From Rhabdothermincola salaria (GTDB lineage: Bacteria; Actinomycetota; Acidimicrobiia; Acidimicrobiales; Acidimicrobilacustridaceae), in contig NZ_JAJQXW010000007.1 of NCBI RefSeq assembly GCF_021246445.1, positions 1 through 17,057 on the forward strand: a stretch of DNA of 17,057 nucleotides, given 5' to 3'. Position 1 is the stretch's first letter, and each line of letters begins with the position of its first letter. A model generated the notes under the pieces. The model was given only the letters and a program-made list of their open reading frames with translations. It made no database searches and was not told the DNA's origin. This document shows positions 1 to 12,998 of the stretch, in pieces. The translations under genes were made by a program, and so were the position numbers.

Positions 1-99
1 CGAGATCGCCGCCGTCAGCGTCGTCTTCCCATGATCGATGTGACCCATCGTGCCCACATTCGCATGGGGCTTGGTCCGCTCGAACTTCTCACGCGCCAT
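1..99 (-). CDS. tuf: Elongation factor Tu, 5' end only (copy downstream of fusA), runs off the window
   Basis: Hand translation from ATG at 99: [33 protein letters not shown] (EF-Tu P-loop GHIDHGKTT). SD AGGAGA at 107-112. Follows fusA as in the str operon. Not in the ORF track. Confidence 0.97.
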   Translation of the reverse strand, partial: MAREKFERTKPHANVGTMGHIDHGKTTLTAAIS

Positions 100-154
100 C
101 GCGGTTTCTCCTGTTTGTTGTCCGTGCCTGAGCGACTTGGTCTGGTAGGGGGTG

Positions 155-172
155 AGGCCTGCGAGCAGGCCT
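155..172 (-). other. Hairpin in the fusA-tuf spacer
   Basis: mRNA AGGCCUG-CUCG-CAGGCCU, 7-bp stem 5 nt after the fusA stop; no U-tract, so function uncertain. Confidence 0.5.
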
Positions 173-177
173 TGCTG

Positions 178-2265
178 TCACTGGCCGCGGACGCGGGTGA
201 CGATCTCTTCCTGCACGTTCGACGGCATCTGCTGGTAGGAGTCGAACTGCATGGTGTAGGTGGCCCGACCCTGGGTGCGCGAACGGAGGTCGGTAGCGTA
301 ACCGAACATCTCCGACAACGGCACCTGGGCCCGGATGATCTGGCTGTTCCCGCGCTGCTCCATGCCGCCGAGCTTGCCTCGGCGGGAGGACAGGTCGCCC
401 ATGACGTCGCCCATGTAGTCCTCCGGGGTGGAGACCTCGACGTTCATGATGGGCTCGAGCAGGATGGGCTTGGCCCGACGGGCGGCCTCCTTGAAGGCCA
501 TGGTCCCGGCGATCTTGAACGCCATCTCCGAGGAGTCGACGTCGTGGTACTTGCCGTCGGTGAGGATCGCCCGCACGTCGACGGTCGGGTAGCCGGCGAG
601 CACACCGGAGGTCATGGCCTGCTGGATGCCGGCGTCGACCGAGGGGATGTACTCACGGGGGATGCGCCCGCCGCTGATCTTGTCGACGAACTCGTACCCG
701 CCACCCGGGCCGGTGTTCTCGAGCGTGATCGTGACCTCGGCGTACTGACCGGAACCACCCGTCTGCTTCTTGTGGGTGTAGGTCTCGTTCTCGATGGTCT
801 TGCCGATGGTCTCGCGGTAGGCCACCTGGGGCTTGCCGACGGTGGCATCGACCTTGAACTCACGCAGCATGCGGTCGACGAGGACCTCGAGGTGCAGCTC
901 GCCCATGCCGGAGATGACCGTCTGGCCCGTCTCGTCGTCGGTGCGCACCTGGAAGGTGGGGTCCTCTTCGGAGAGGGCGTAGAGGGCCTTGGACATCTTG
1001 TCCTGGTCGGCCTTGGTGGTGGGCTCGACGGCCACGTGGATGACGGGCTCGGGGAACTCGAGCGCCTCGAGCACGATCGGGTTGGCCGGGTCGCACAGCG
1101 TGTCACCGGTGCGGGTGTTCTTGAAGCCGATGCCCGCCACGATGTCGCCGGCGAAGACCTGATCGAGGTCCTGGCGGTCGTTGGCGTGCATCTCGAGGAG
1201 ACGACCGATGCGCTCCTTGTTCTGGGTGCGGGCGTTGAGGACCTGGCCGCCCTTGTCGAGGTTCCCGCTGTAGACCCGGAAGTAGGTGAGGCGGCCGACG
1301 TGGGGGTCGGTCATGATCTTGAACGCCAGCGCGGAGAACGGTGCATCGTCGCTGCAGGGGCGCTCCATGTCGGTGTCGCCCTTGAGGTTGGTGCCGAACA
1401 CCGGGGGCAGGTCGAGCGGCGAGGGCAGGTAGGCGACGATGGCGTCGAGGAGCGGCTGCACGCCCTTGTTCTTGAAGGCGGTGCCGTTGAGGATGGGCAC
1501 GATCTCGCCGGCGAGCGTGGCCTTGCGGATGGCGGCGCGCAGCTCGTCGAGACCGATCTCCTCGTCGCCGAGGAACTTCTCCATGAGGCCCTCGTCGACC
1601 GTGGCGACGGTCTCGAGCAGCTCGGCCCGGTACTGCTCGGCCTGGTCCTTCAGGTCGGAAGGGATCTCCTGGACCTCCCACTTGGCCCCGAGCTCCTCGT
1701 CGAGCCACACGATGGCGTCCATGGTGACCAGGTCGATGACGCCCTTGTAGTGCCCCTCGGCCCCGATGGGGAGCTGCAGCACGGCGGTGTTGCAGTCGAG
1801 GCGGTCCTTGATGGTGTCGAGGACGTGGAAGAAGTCGGCGCCCAGCCGGTCCATCTTGTTGACGAAGCACAGGCGGGGGACGTTGTACTTGTTGGCCTGG
1901 CGCCACACCGTTTCGGTCTGGGGCTCCACGCCGGCCACCCCGTCGAAGACGGCCACGGCACCGTCGAGCACGCGCAGCGAGCGCTCCACCTCGACGGTGA
2001 AGTCGACGTGACCAGGGGTGTCGATGATGTTGATGCGGTGGTCGTCCCAGAAGCAGGTCGTGGCCGCGGAGGTGATGGTGATGCCGCGCTCTTGCTCCTG
2101 GACCATCCAGTCCATGGTGGCGCCACCGTCGTGGACCTCACCGATCTTGTAGTTCTTGCCGGTGTAGTACAGGATCCGCTCGGTCGTGGTGGTCTTGCCG
2201 GCATCGATGTGGGCCATGATGCCGATGTTGCGGGTTCGCTCGAGTGAGTGCGGGCGGGCGGCCAT
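178..2265 (-). CDS. fusA: Elongation factor G
   Basis: 695 aa; [53 protein letters not shown] motifs; str operon position. Confidence 0.99.
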   Translation of the reverse strand: MAARPHSLERTRNIGIMAHIDAGKTTTTERILYYTGKNYKIGEVHDGGATMDWMVQEQERGITITSAATTCFWDDHRINIIDTPGHVDFTVEVERSLRVLDGAVAVFDGVAGVEPQTETVWRQANKYNVPRLCFVNKMDRLGADFFHVLDTIKDRLDCNTAVLQLPIGAEGHYKGVIDLVTMDAIVWLDEELGAKWEVQEIPSDLKDQAEQYRAELLETVATVDEGLMEKFLGDEEIGLDELRAAIRKATLAGEIVPILNGTAFKNKGVQPLLDAIVAYLPSPLDLPPVFGTNLKGDTDMERPCSDDAPFSALAFKIMTDPHVGRLTYFRVYSGNLDKGGQVLNARTQNKERIGRLLEMHANDRQDLDQVFAGDIVAGIGFKNTRTGDTLCDPANPIVLEALEFPEPVIHVAVEPTTKADQDKMSKALYALSEEDPTFQVRTDDETGQTVISGMGELHLEVLVDRMLREFKVDATVGKPQVAYRETIGKTIENETYTHKKQTGGSGQYAEVTITLENTGPGGGYEFVDKISGGRIPREYIPSVDAGIQQAMTSGVLAGYPTVDVRAILTDGKYHDVDSSEMAFKIAGTMAFKEAARRAKPILLEPIMNVEVSTPEDYMGDVMGDLSSRRGKLGGMEQRGNSQIIRAQVPLSEMFGYATDLRSRTQGRATYTMQFDSYQQMPSNVQEEIVTRVRGQ

Positions 2266-2346
2266 CGTCGTGTTCGTTCCTGTGTCGTTGGTGTGGCGGG
2301 CGGCAGAGAGGCGGATGAGCGGGAGTGGAGTGGCGGTGCCTCCGCG

Positions 2347-2375
2347 CCGTCACCCCGCCGGGGGCGGGGCGACGG
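2347..2375 (-). other. Strong hairpin in the rpsG-fusA spacer
   Basis: mRNA CCGUCGCCCCGCC-CCC-GGCGGGGUGACGG, 13 bp with one G-U pair that forms only on the minus strand. Confidence 0.6.
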
Positions 2376-2405
2376 ATGGGAGAGGCACCAGCGAGGAGCC
2401 GGTGC

Positions 2406-2876
2406 CTACCAGCGGTAGTGGGCGAAGGCCTTGTTGGACTCGGCCATCTTGAGCAGGTCGTCGCGTCGCTTCACCGACGCGCCGACACCGTTGCTGGCAT
2501 CGAGCAGCTCGTTGGCGAGGCGTTCGGCCATGGTGTGCTCACGACGCTGGCGGGCGTAGCCCACGATCCAGCGGATGGCCAGGGTGTTCGAGCGACGGGG
2601 ACGGACCTCGACGGGGACCTGGTAGGTGGCGCCACCGACACGGCGGCTGCGCACCTCGAGCTGCGGCTTCACGCCGTCGACCGCCCGCTTGAGCGTGGCG
2701 ATGGGCTCGGCGCCGGTCTTGGTCTCGATGATCTCGAGGGCCTCGTAGACGATCTTCTCGGCCGTGGAGCGCTTGCCCCGCTGGAGGACCTTGTTCACCA
2801 GCTGGGTGACGACGACCGACCGGTAGATCGGGTCGGGCATGAGTTCGCGGCGGGGGGCAGGACCCTTGCGAGGCAC
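2406..2876 (-). CDS. rpsG: 30S ribosomal protein S7
   Basis: Start moved to GTG at 2876 ([10 protein letters not shown]..., 156 aa), 1 nt after the rpsL stop with SD AAGGAG inside the rpsL end; [11 protein letters not shown] and [13 protein letters not shown] motifs. Confidence 0.98.
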   Translation of the reverse strand: MPRKGPAPRRELMPDPIYRSVVVTQLVNKVLQRGKRSTAEKIVYEALEIIETKTGAEPIATLKRAVDGVKPQLEVRSRRVGGATYQVPVEVRPRRSNTLAIRWIVGYARQRREHTMAERLANELLDASNGVGASVKRRDDLLKMAESNKAFAHYRW

Positions 2877-2877
2877 G

Positions 2878-3249
2878 TCAGCTCTCCTTCTTGGCGCCGT
2901 AGCGACTACGGGCCTGCTTGCGGTCCCGCACACCGGAGGTGTCGAGGGTGCCGCGGATGATCTTGTAGCGAACGCCGGGGAGGTCCTTCACACGACCGCC
3001 ACGCACGAGCACGATGGAGTGCTCCTGGAGGTTGTGGCCCTCACCGGGGATGTAGGCCGTGACCTCCATGCCGCTGCTGAGGCGCACACGGGCCACCTTG
3101 CGCAGCGCCGAGTTCGGCTTCTTGGGAGTGGTGGTGTAGACGCGCGTGCACACGCCGCGCCGCTGGGGGGCACCCTTCAGCGCCGGGGTCTTGCCCTTGG
3201 CGGGCTTCGACTGGCGACCCTTGCGGACCAGCTGTTGGATGGTGGGCAC
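2878..3249 (-). CDS. rpsL: 30S ribosomal protein S12
   Basis: 123 aa, GTG start; [41 protein letters not shown]. Confidence 0.99.
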   Translation of the reverse strand: MPTIQQLVRKGRQSKPAKGKTPALKGAPQRRGVCTRVYTTTPKKPNSALRKVARVRLSSGMEVTAYIPGEGHNLQEHSIVLVRGGRVKDLPGVRYKIIRGTLDTSGVRDRKQARSRYGAKKES

Positions 3250-3370
3250 GACGGACCTTTCTTACGTTCGCAACGTCAGCTTCGGGGGCCTCGACGGCGA
3301 CGACGCAGCGTCGAGGTGGGGAGAGATCGGAGATCGGCGGCCGCGGTATCCGCGACAGAGCCGAGGGGCA

Positions 3371-3400
3371 ATGCTAGGGGGATGTCGACGAGATCGGCAA
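3371..3400 (-). promoter_or_regulatory. Candidate housekeeping-sigma promoter of the str operon
   Basis: TTGCCG (3400-3395) - 18 nt - TAGCAT (3376-3371), just downstream of the rpoC hairpin. Confidence 0.7.
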
Positions 3401-3417
3401 GACGCGGCCGGTCCCGG

Positions 3418-3449
3418 GCGGGTGAAGGCCCACGAGGGCCCTCACCCGC
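3418..3449 (-). terminator. Probable rpoC terminator hairpin without U-tract
   Basis: mRNA GCGGGUGAGGGCCC-UCGU-GGGCCUUCACCCGC, 14 bp incl. one minus-strand-specific G-U, 6 nt after the stop. Confidence 0.65.
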
Positions 3450-3455
3450 ACCGGT

Positions 3456-7448
<3,993 letters not shown>

Positions 7449-7459
7449 GGGCATTCCCT

Positions 7460-10400
7460 CTAGCTCCTCTCGGCCTGGCGGCGGGCATCTTCTTCGTCGC
7501 TGCCACGTTCGGGGCGCGAGATGTCGATGCCGAGCTCCTCGGCGGTGCGGAAGATGTCTTCGTCGAGCTCACGCATCTCGATCTCCTCACCGGTGGTGGA
7601 GAGGACCTCGACGTTGAGGCACAGGGCCTGCATCTCCTTGATGAGCACCTTGAAGGACTCGGGGATGCCGGGCTCGGGGATGTTCTCGCCCTTGACGATG
7701 GCCTCGTAGACCTTCACGCGGCCGAGGACGTCGTCGGACTTGATGGTGAGCAGCTCCTGCAGGCAGTAGGCGGCGCCGTAGGCCTCGAGGGCCCACACCT
7801 CCATCTCGCCGAAGCGCTGGCCACCGAACTGGGCCTTACCGCCCAGGGGCTGCTGGGTGATCATGGAGTACGGCCCGGTGGAGCGGGCGTGGATCTTGTC
7901 GTCCACGAGGTGGGCCAGCTTCAAGATGTAGACGACGCCCACGGTGACCGGGTTGTCGTAGGGCTCGCCGGTGCGACCGTTGTACAGGGTGGTCTTGCCG
8001 TCGTCCTGCATCAGCCGGCCGTTGTCGCCGTAGCGGACGTCGGTGGCCTCGGGCTGCAGGTTCTGGAAGATCTTCTGGATGGTCGGGTGCTTGCCGGCCT
8101 GGGCCTCTTCGTCCCAGTGGGCGCCGTCGAAGACGGGCGTGGCCACCAGCGTGGACGGCGGGGTGGTGGGCCGGGTCTTGGTCTCGGTGCCCCGGGTGGG
8201 GTCGATCCCGGTGGTCTCGCCCCCGATGGCCCAGCCGTAGCGGGCGGCGTAGCCGAGGTGGGCCTCGAGGACCTGGCCCACGTTCATGCGGGACGGCACA
8301 CCGAGGGGGTTGAGGATGATGTCGACGGGGGTGCCGTCGGCCATGAAGGGCATGTCCTCGATCGGGAGGATCTTGGAGATGACGCCCTTGTTGCCGTGGC
8401 GGCCGGCGAGCTTGTCGCCCACGCTGATCTTGCGCTTCTGGCCGACGTAGACCCGCACCAGCTGGTTGACGCCGGGGGGCAGCTCGTGGCTCTCGTCGCG
8501 GCTGAACACCTTGACGTCGATGACCTTGCCGGTCTCGCCGTGGGGCACCTTGAGCGAGGTGTCGCGCACCTCGCGGGCCTTCTCGCCGAAGATGGCCCGC
8601 AGGAGGCGCTCCTCGGGGGTGAGCTCGGTCTCGCCCTTGGGGGTGACCTTGCCCACCAGCACGTCGCCGGGACCGACCTCGGCCCCCACGCGGATGATGC
8701 CGCGCTCGTCGAGGTCGGCGAGGATCTCCTCGGAGAGGTTCGGGATGTCCCGGGTGATCTCCTCGGGGCCCAGCTTGGTGTCGCGGGCATCGATCTCGTG
8801 CTCGTGGATGTGGATCGACGTCATGACGTCGTCCTTCACGAGACGCTCCGAGAGGATGATGGCGTCCTCGAAGTTGTAGCCCTCCCACGGCATGAAGGCC
8901 ACGACGAGGTTCTTGCCGAGGGCCAGCTCGCCGTTGTCGGTGGAGGGGCCGTGGGCGAGCACGTCGCCCTTGGTGACCTTCTGGCCCTCGCGCACGATGG
9001 GCTTCTGGTTGATGCAGGTGTCCTGGTTGGAGCGCTCGAACTTGAGCAGCCGGTAGACCTTGCGGCCCTTCGCCTTGTACTCCACCTCGATGAGGTTGCC
9101 GTCGACCTCGCCGACCACGCCGTCGTCCTCGGCGAGGATCATGTCGGCGGCGTCGCGAGCGGCCCGTGACTCGATGCCGGTGCCGATGTAGGGGGCCTCG
9201 GCCCGCAGCAACGGCACGGCCTGGCGCTGCATGTTGGCGCCCATGAGGGCCCGGTTGGCGTCGTCGTGCTCGAGGAACGGGATGAGCGCGGTGGCGACCG
9301 AGACGATCTGCTTGGGCGAGACGTCCATGAGCTGGACCTCGGCGGGCGGCACCGAGGAGATCTCGGTGGTGGCGCCGAAGAAGACGTCGCGCTCGAGCTG
9401 GAGCTTGAGGTCGCCCAGCGTGGCGGCCTGGGGCGAACGACGCACCAGGACGCGATCGGCCTTGAACGTGCCGTCGGGGTTCAGCGGAGCGTTCGCCTGG
9501 GCGACGACGTACTCCTCCTCCTCGTCGGCCGCCAGGTACAGGATGTCGTCGGTGACCCGGCCGTCGATGACCCTGCGGTACGGGGACTCGATGAAGCCGA
9601 ACTCGTTGACCCGGGCGAAGGTGGCCAGGCCACCGATGAGGCCGATGTTCGGCCCCTCCGGAGTCTCGATGGGGCACATGCGCCCGTAGTGGCTGAAGTG
9701 CACGTCGCGGACCTCGAAGCCCGCCCGCTCGCGGGACAGACCACCCGGGCCGAGCGCGGAGAGGCGCCGGCGGTGGGTCAGACCCGACAGGGGGTTGACC
9801 TGGTCCATGAACTGCGACAGCTGGGAGGTCCCGAAGAACTCCTTGATGGCGGCGACCACCGGCCGGATGTTGATGAGCGTCTGGGGCGTGATGGCCTCGA
9901 CGTCCTGGGTGGTCATGCGCTCGCGGACGACCCGCTCCATGCGCGACAGGCCGATGCGGACCTGGTTCTGGATGAGCTCGCCCACCGAGCGGATGCGCCG
10001 GTTGGCGAAGTGGTCCTGGTCGTCGAGGCGGTAGCCCGGCTCGGCGTTGACCAGGTTCAACAGGTAGGTGGTGGCCGCCAGCACCTCGGACGGGGTGAGC
10101 ACGGGCTGGTCGTCCTCGGGCTTCTCGAGCTCGATGCCGAACAGCTCCTCGAGGCGGTCGAGCTCGGGGCCCAGCTTGCGGTTGAGCTTGTAGCGCCCCA
10201 CCCGCGACAGGTCGTAGCGACGGTTCTCGAAGAACGCGTTGCGGAAGTAGGCACGGGCGGACTCGACCGACGGCGGCTCACCCGGACGGGCCCGCTTGTA
10301 GATCTCGACCAGCGCCTCTTCCTGGGTGGGCGCCAGCTCGCGGTCCTTCTCCCACTGCCCCTCGAGGAAGTCGAAGTGGCGCACGAAGCGATCGAGGAAG

Positions 10401-11053
10401 CCCGGGTAGTTCTCCTCGTCGTAGCCCAGCGCCCGCAGCAGCACGAAGAGGCTGAGGCGACGCTTGCGGGCCACGCGGGCACCGGCGGTGACGTCCTTGC
10501 CCGGCTTCTGCTCGACGTCGAACTCGATCCACTCGCCGCGGTAGGGGTGGATGGTGCCGGTGACGAGCTGGTGCTTGCTCAGGTTGCGCAGGCGGTAGCG
10601 CTCACCCGGCTGGAAGATGACACCCGGCGAGCGGACCAGCTGGGACACCACGACCCGCTCGGTGCCGTTGACGACGAACGTGCCCTTGTCGGTCATCATG
10701 GGGAAGTCCCCCATGAAGACGGTCTGCTCCTTGATCTCGCCGGTGGTGGCGTTCATGAAGCGGGCCCGCACGAAGATCGGGGCGGAGAAGGTCATGTCCT
10801 TCTCCTTGCACTCCTCCACCGAGAACTTCGGCGGCGGACGCAGGTCCTCGTCCTCGGGATCGAACTCCAGCTCGAGCTGCAGGGTCTCGGTGAAGTCCTT
10901 GATCGGGCTGATGTCGCGGAAGGTCTCCGCCAGGCCCTGGTGCAGGAACCACTCGAAGGATTCCCGCTGGATGGCGATCAGGTCTGGCAGTTCGAGCGGG
11001 TCGTCGAGGTTGGCGAACGAGTACCGTTCCCGGACGGTCGGGCGAGCAGGCAA
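7460..11053 (-). CDS. rpoB: RNA polymerase beta subunit
   Basis: 1197 aa, TTG start with SD GAGGAG 6 nt upstream; [49 protein letters not shown] motifs. Confidence 0.99.
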   Translation of the reverse strand: MPARPTVRERYSFANLDDPLELPDLIAIQRESFEWFLHQGLAETFRDISPIKDFTETLQLELEFDPEDEDLRPPPKFSVEECKEKDMTFSAPIFVRARFMNATTGEIKEQTVFMGDFPMMTDKGTFVVNGTERVVVSQLVRSPGVIFQPGERYRLRNLSKHQLVTGTIHPYRGEWIEFDVEQKPGKDVTAGARVARKRRLSLFVLLRALGYDEENYPGFLDRFVRHFDFLEGQWEKDRELAPTQEEALVEIYKRARPGEPPSVESARAYFRNAFFENRRYDLSRVGRYKLNRKLGPELDRLEELFGIELEKPEDDQPVLTPSEVLAATTYLLNLVNAEPGYRLDDQDHFANRRIRSVGELIQNQVRIGLSRMERVVRERMTTQDVEAITPQTLINIRPVVAAIKEFFGTSQLSQFMDQVNPLSGLTHRRRLSALGPGGLSRERAGFEVRDVHFSHYGRMCPIETPEGPNIGLIGGLATFARVNEFGFIESPYRRVIDGRVTDDILYLAADEEEEYVVAQANAPLNPDGTFKADRVLVRRSPQAATLGDLKLQLERDVFFGATTEISSVPPAEVQLMDVSPKQIVSVATALIPFLEHDDANRALMGANMQRQAVPLLRAEAPYIGTGIESRAARDAADMILAEDDGVVGEVDGNLIEVEYKAKGRKVYRLLKFERSNQDTCINQKPIVREGQKVTKGDVLAHGPSTDNGELALGKNLVVAFMPWEGYNFEDAIILSERLVKDDVMTSIHIHEHEIDARDTKLGPEEITRDIPNLSEEILADLDERGIIRVGAEVGPGDVLVGKVTPKGETELTPEERLLRAIFGEKAREVRDTSLKVPHGETGKVIDVKVFSRDESHELPPGVNQLVRVYVGQKRKISVGDKLAGRHGNKGVISKILPIEDMPFMADGTPVDIILNPLGVPSRMNVGQVLEAHLGYAARYGWAIGGETTGIDPTRGTETKTRPTTPPSTLVATPVFDGAHWDEEAQAGKHPTIQKIFQNLQPEATDVRYGDNGRLMQDDGKTTLYNGRTGEPYDNPVTVGVVYILKLAHLVDDKIHARSTGPYSMITQQPLGGKAQFGGQRFGEMEVWALEAYGAAYCLQELLTIKSDDVLGRVKVYEAIVKGENIPEPGIPESFKVLIKEMQALCLNVEVLSTTGEEIEMRELDEDIFRTAEELGIDISRPERGSDEEDARRQAERS

Positions 11054-11162
11054 GGACGGCTCCTCGGTAGGCGGAGGGAAGCGACGGCGAGCCGGGCGCG
11101 ACGGGACGTGGGGACCGAAGGGTCGACACGAACAGCGCGGCGGGCGAGCACGGCAACGCGTC

Positions 11163-11192
11163 AGCCTAGGACAGGAGCGCGTGGAAGAGCAA
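11163..11192 (-). promoter_or_regulatory. Candidate proximal rpoBC promoter
   Basis: TTGCTC (11192-11187) - 18 nt - TAGGCT (11168-11163). Confidence 0.55.
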
Positions 11193-11269
11193 CCCTGGAA
11201 TCTCGTGCGAACGAGTTCGGGCGCTCACTCGGGGGATCATCCACTTCTACCCCGGTCAAGTTGGCCCGC

Positions 11270-11299
11270 ACCATAAGCCCCCGAGCCCGAACCGGTCAA
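11270..11299 (-). promoter_or_regulatory. Candidate distal rpoBC promoter
   Basis: TTGACC (11299-11294) - 18 nt - TATGGT (11275-11270); near-consensus boxes in very GC-rich DNA. Confidence 0.65.
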
Positions 11300-11415
11300 G
11301 GATCGCGGAGCGCCGAGTCCATGGCGACGCGGAGCGCCGCGGTGCGGCTCGGTCGCCGCGCTTGCCCTCGCCGCCGGGCACCACCCCTCGGAGACCACGG
11401 CCCCGCCCGAACGCG

Positions 11416-11445
11416 GAAGGGCCCGGCTGGGAGGCCGGGCCCTTC
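11416..11445 (-). terminator. Terminator hairpin downstream of rplL
   Basis: Perfect 12-bp inverted repeat GAAGGGCCCGGC / GCCGGGCCCTTC with a 6-nt loop; short U-containing flanks on both strands. Confidence 0.75.
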
Positions 11446-11556
11446 GTTCTGATCGAGATCGCTGGCCTCTCCCCCACCGGACTGACGTCAGGTGGGACGG
11501 GGTCGCGCCAGCGACCGTCTCACACAGAGCCGCTCCGCGGCTCCATGAACACGTCC

Positions 11557-11940
11557 CTACTTCAACTCGACGGAACCGCCGGCGCCCTCGAGGGCCTCCT
11601 TGGCCTTGGCGGCCTCTTCCTTGGAGACCTTCTCGAGCACGGGCTTGGGGGCGCCGTCCACCAGGTCCTTGGCCTCCTTGAGACCGAGGTTGGTGAGGGA
11701 GCGCACCTCCTTGATGACCTGGATCTTCTTGTCGCCGGCCGCGGTGAGGACGACGTCGAACTCGTCCTGCTCGGCGGCGGCCTCGCCACCACCGGCACCG
11801 CCGGCGGGGGCGGCCGCGGCAGCAGCCACGGGGGCCGCGGCGGTCACACCGAACTTCTCCTCGAACTCGCTGAGCAGCTCGCTCAGCTCGAGGACGGTCA
11901 TGTTGGCGATGGCGTCGAGGATCTCTTCCTTGGTGGCCAT
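11557..11940 (-). CDS. rplL: 50S ribosomal protein L7/L12
   Basis: 127 aa; [20 protein letters not shown], Ala/Gly hinge, [28 protein letters not shown] inside the rplJ end. Confidence 0.99.
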   Translation of the reverse strand: MATKEEILDAIANMTVLELSELLSEFEEKFGVTAAAPVAAAAAAPAGGAGGGEAAAEQDEFDVVLTAAGDKKIQVIKEVRSLTNLGLKEAKDLVDGAPKPVLEKVSKEEAAKAKEALEGAGGSVELK

Positions 11941-11943
11941 GTG

Positions 11944-12687
11944 TCAGCTCTCCTGGGGGTCGTCGCCGGCGTCGGCCGGTTCGGGGGTGTCGGCCGCGGC
12001 GGTCGCCTCGGCGGTGTCGTCGGAAGCCGCCGCAGGGGCGTCGGCCTCGGTCTCGGCCTCGGCAGGTGCCTCGGCAGGGGTCTCGGGGGCGGCGTCGGAG
12101 GCAGGGGCCTCGTCGGCGGGGGCGTCATCGGCGGGGGCCGGTGCCGGAGCACCGGGGGCGCCACCCTGTTCGATGAGGGCGGCCAGGCCATAGGCGAAGT
12201 TCCGCGGAACGGCCTGGAGCAACCCGGCGAAGCTCTGCATGGGCGCAGCCATGAGACCCGCGAGGGTGGCCAGCAGCTCCTCACGGGGAGCCACCTCGGC
12301 CAGCGCCTTCACCTCGTCGGCGCTCAGCAGCTTCTCGCCGAGGAGACCGCCCTTGACCACCAGGGCAGGGTTGCCCTTGGCGAACTCGCGCAGGGCCTTG
12401 GCCACGGCGACGGGGTCGCCCCCACCCCCGGTGGGAACGAAGGCGATGGCGGTCGGTCCGGTGAGCAGGTCGTCGACCTCGAGGCCCAACTCCCGGGTGG
12501 CGATGCGCACGAGGGTGTTCTTGTAGACCCGGTACTCGCCGCCGGCTTCGCGCAGTGCGCGACGCAGGGTGGCCAGGTCACCGACGTTGATGCCGCGGTA
12601 CTCGGTGAGCAGCGCGGCGTCGGCCCCTTGGATCTGGGCCTTCACGTCGTCGACCACGGCGACCTTTTCCGGTCTGGGGTTCTCCAT
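11944..12687 (-). CDS. rplJ: 50S ribosomal protein L10 with long acidic C-terminal tail
   Basis: Start moved to ATG at 12687 (MENPRPEKVAVV..., 247 aa) after SD AAAGGAGGT; EYRGI, VYKNTL, LTGPTAIAF, VKGG motifs. Confidence 0.97.
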   Translation of the reverse strand: MENPRPEKVAVVDDVKAQIQGADAALLTEYRGINVGDLATLRRALREAGGEYRVYKNTLVRIATRELGLEVDDLLTGPTAIAFVPTGGGGDPVAVAKALREFAKGNPALVVKGGLLGEKLLSADEVKALAEVAPREELLATLAGLMAAPMQSFAGLLQAVPRNFAYGLAALIEQGGAPGAPAPAPADDAPADEAPASDAAPETPAEAPAEAETEADAPAAASDDTAEATAAADTPEPADAGDDPQES

Positions 12688-12796
12688 CGCACCTCCTTTC
12701 GTGTCGTCGTGGGCCCGAGGGCCCGTTCGGTTGCCGCAGCGGGATCGCCACGTGCGGGTCGGCACCGAGGTGCCGCTCCCGCCGCCAGAACGACGA

Positions 12797-12826
12797 CGGG
12801 GTGCTCGCCCATGAGCGAACACCCCG
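12797..12826 (-). terminator. Attenuator-like hairpin in the rplJ leader
   Basis: mRNA CGGGGUGUUCGCU-CAUG-GGCGAGCACCCCG, 13 bp with two minus-strand-specific G-U pairs, followed by UCGUCGUUCU. Confidence 0.6.
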
Positions 12827-12843
12827 AAAGAGACCGAGAGGAG

Positions 12844-12908
12844 TTCGCCTCGTCAGGTGGGCCGGGGCCCCTTGGCGCCCCGAGGGGCGACCGGATGTCT
12901 GCGGCGAG
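12844..12908 (-). ncRNA. L10 leader (ribosomal protein autoregulatory RNA)
   Basis: mRNA CUCGCC-GCAGAC-AUCCGGU...ACCUGA-CGA-GGCGAA matches the CC-GYAGAC...CCU..YGA-GG kink-turn pattern of L10 leaders, with two internal hairpins; located upstream of rplJ. Confidence 0.8.
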
Positions 12909-12950
12909 CAGGATCAGTTGTGGCCCGGAGCAACCGGGCACGAGGCGCCG

Positions 12951-12980
12951 AGGCTAGCCGGGCGGTCGGGCGACGACCAA
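12951..12980 (-). promoter_or_regulatory. Candidate rplJL promoter, overlapped by a hairpin (12956-12987) that follows rplA
   Basis: TTGGTC (12980-12975) - 18 nt - TAGCCT (12956-12951), about 40 nt upstream of the L10 leader. Confidence 0.5.
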
Positions 12981-12998
12981 CCCGGCTCCGGCGACAGG

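Noticed and set aside
31..2247. 738-aa plus-strand ORF antisense to fusA
   Set aside because: Shadow ORF: codon-aligned antisense frames of GC3-rich genes rarely contain stops; no recognisable domain.
2878..3249. Streptomycin-resistance alleles in rpsL
   Set aside because: PKKPNS and RVKDLPG lysines are wild type.
7836..9677. 613-aa Arg/Pro/Gly-rich alternative-frame ORF inside rpoB and similar ORFs elsewhere
   Set aside because: Off-frame reading of high-GC coding sequence; no SD or motif support.
9745..9840. RpoB rifampicin cluster I variant ([18 protein letters not shown])
   Set aside because: Key positions equivalent to E. coli Q513, D516, S522, H526, R529, S531 and L533 are intact; no resistance claim is supportable.
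11054..11556. Hidden small protein in the 500-bp rplL-rpoB spacer (e.g. ORF 11256-11477)
   Set aside because: Crosses the terminator and promoter, lacks SD and coding-like codon bias.
11944..12165. Repetitive GC-rich DNA resembling a tandem repeat or array
   Set aside because: Explained by low-complexity Ala/Pro/Asp/Glu codons of the L10 tail; no fixed repeat-spacer period, so not CRISPR.
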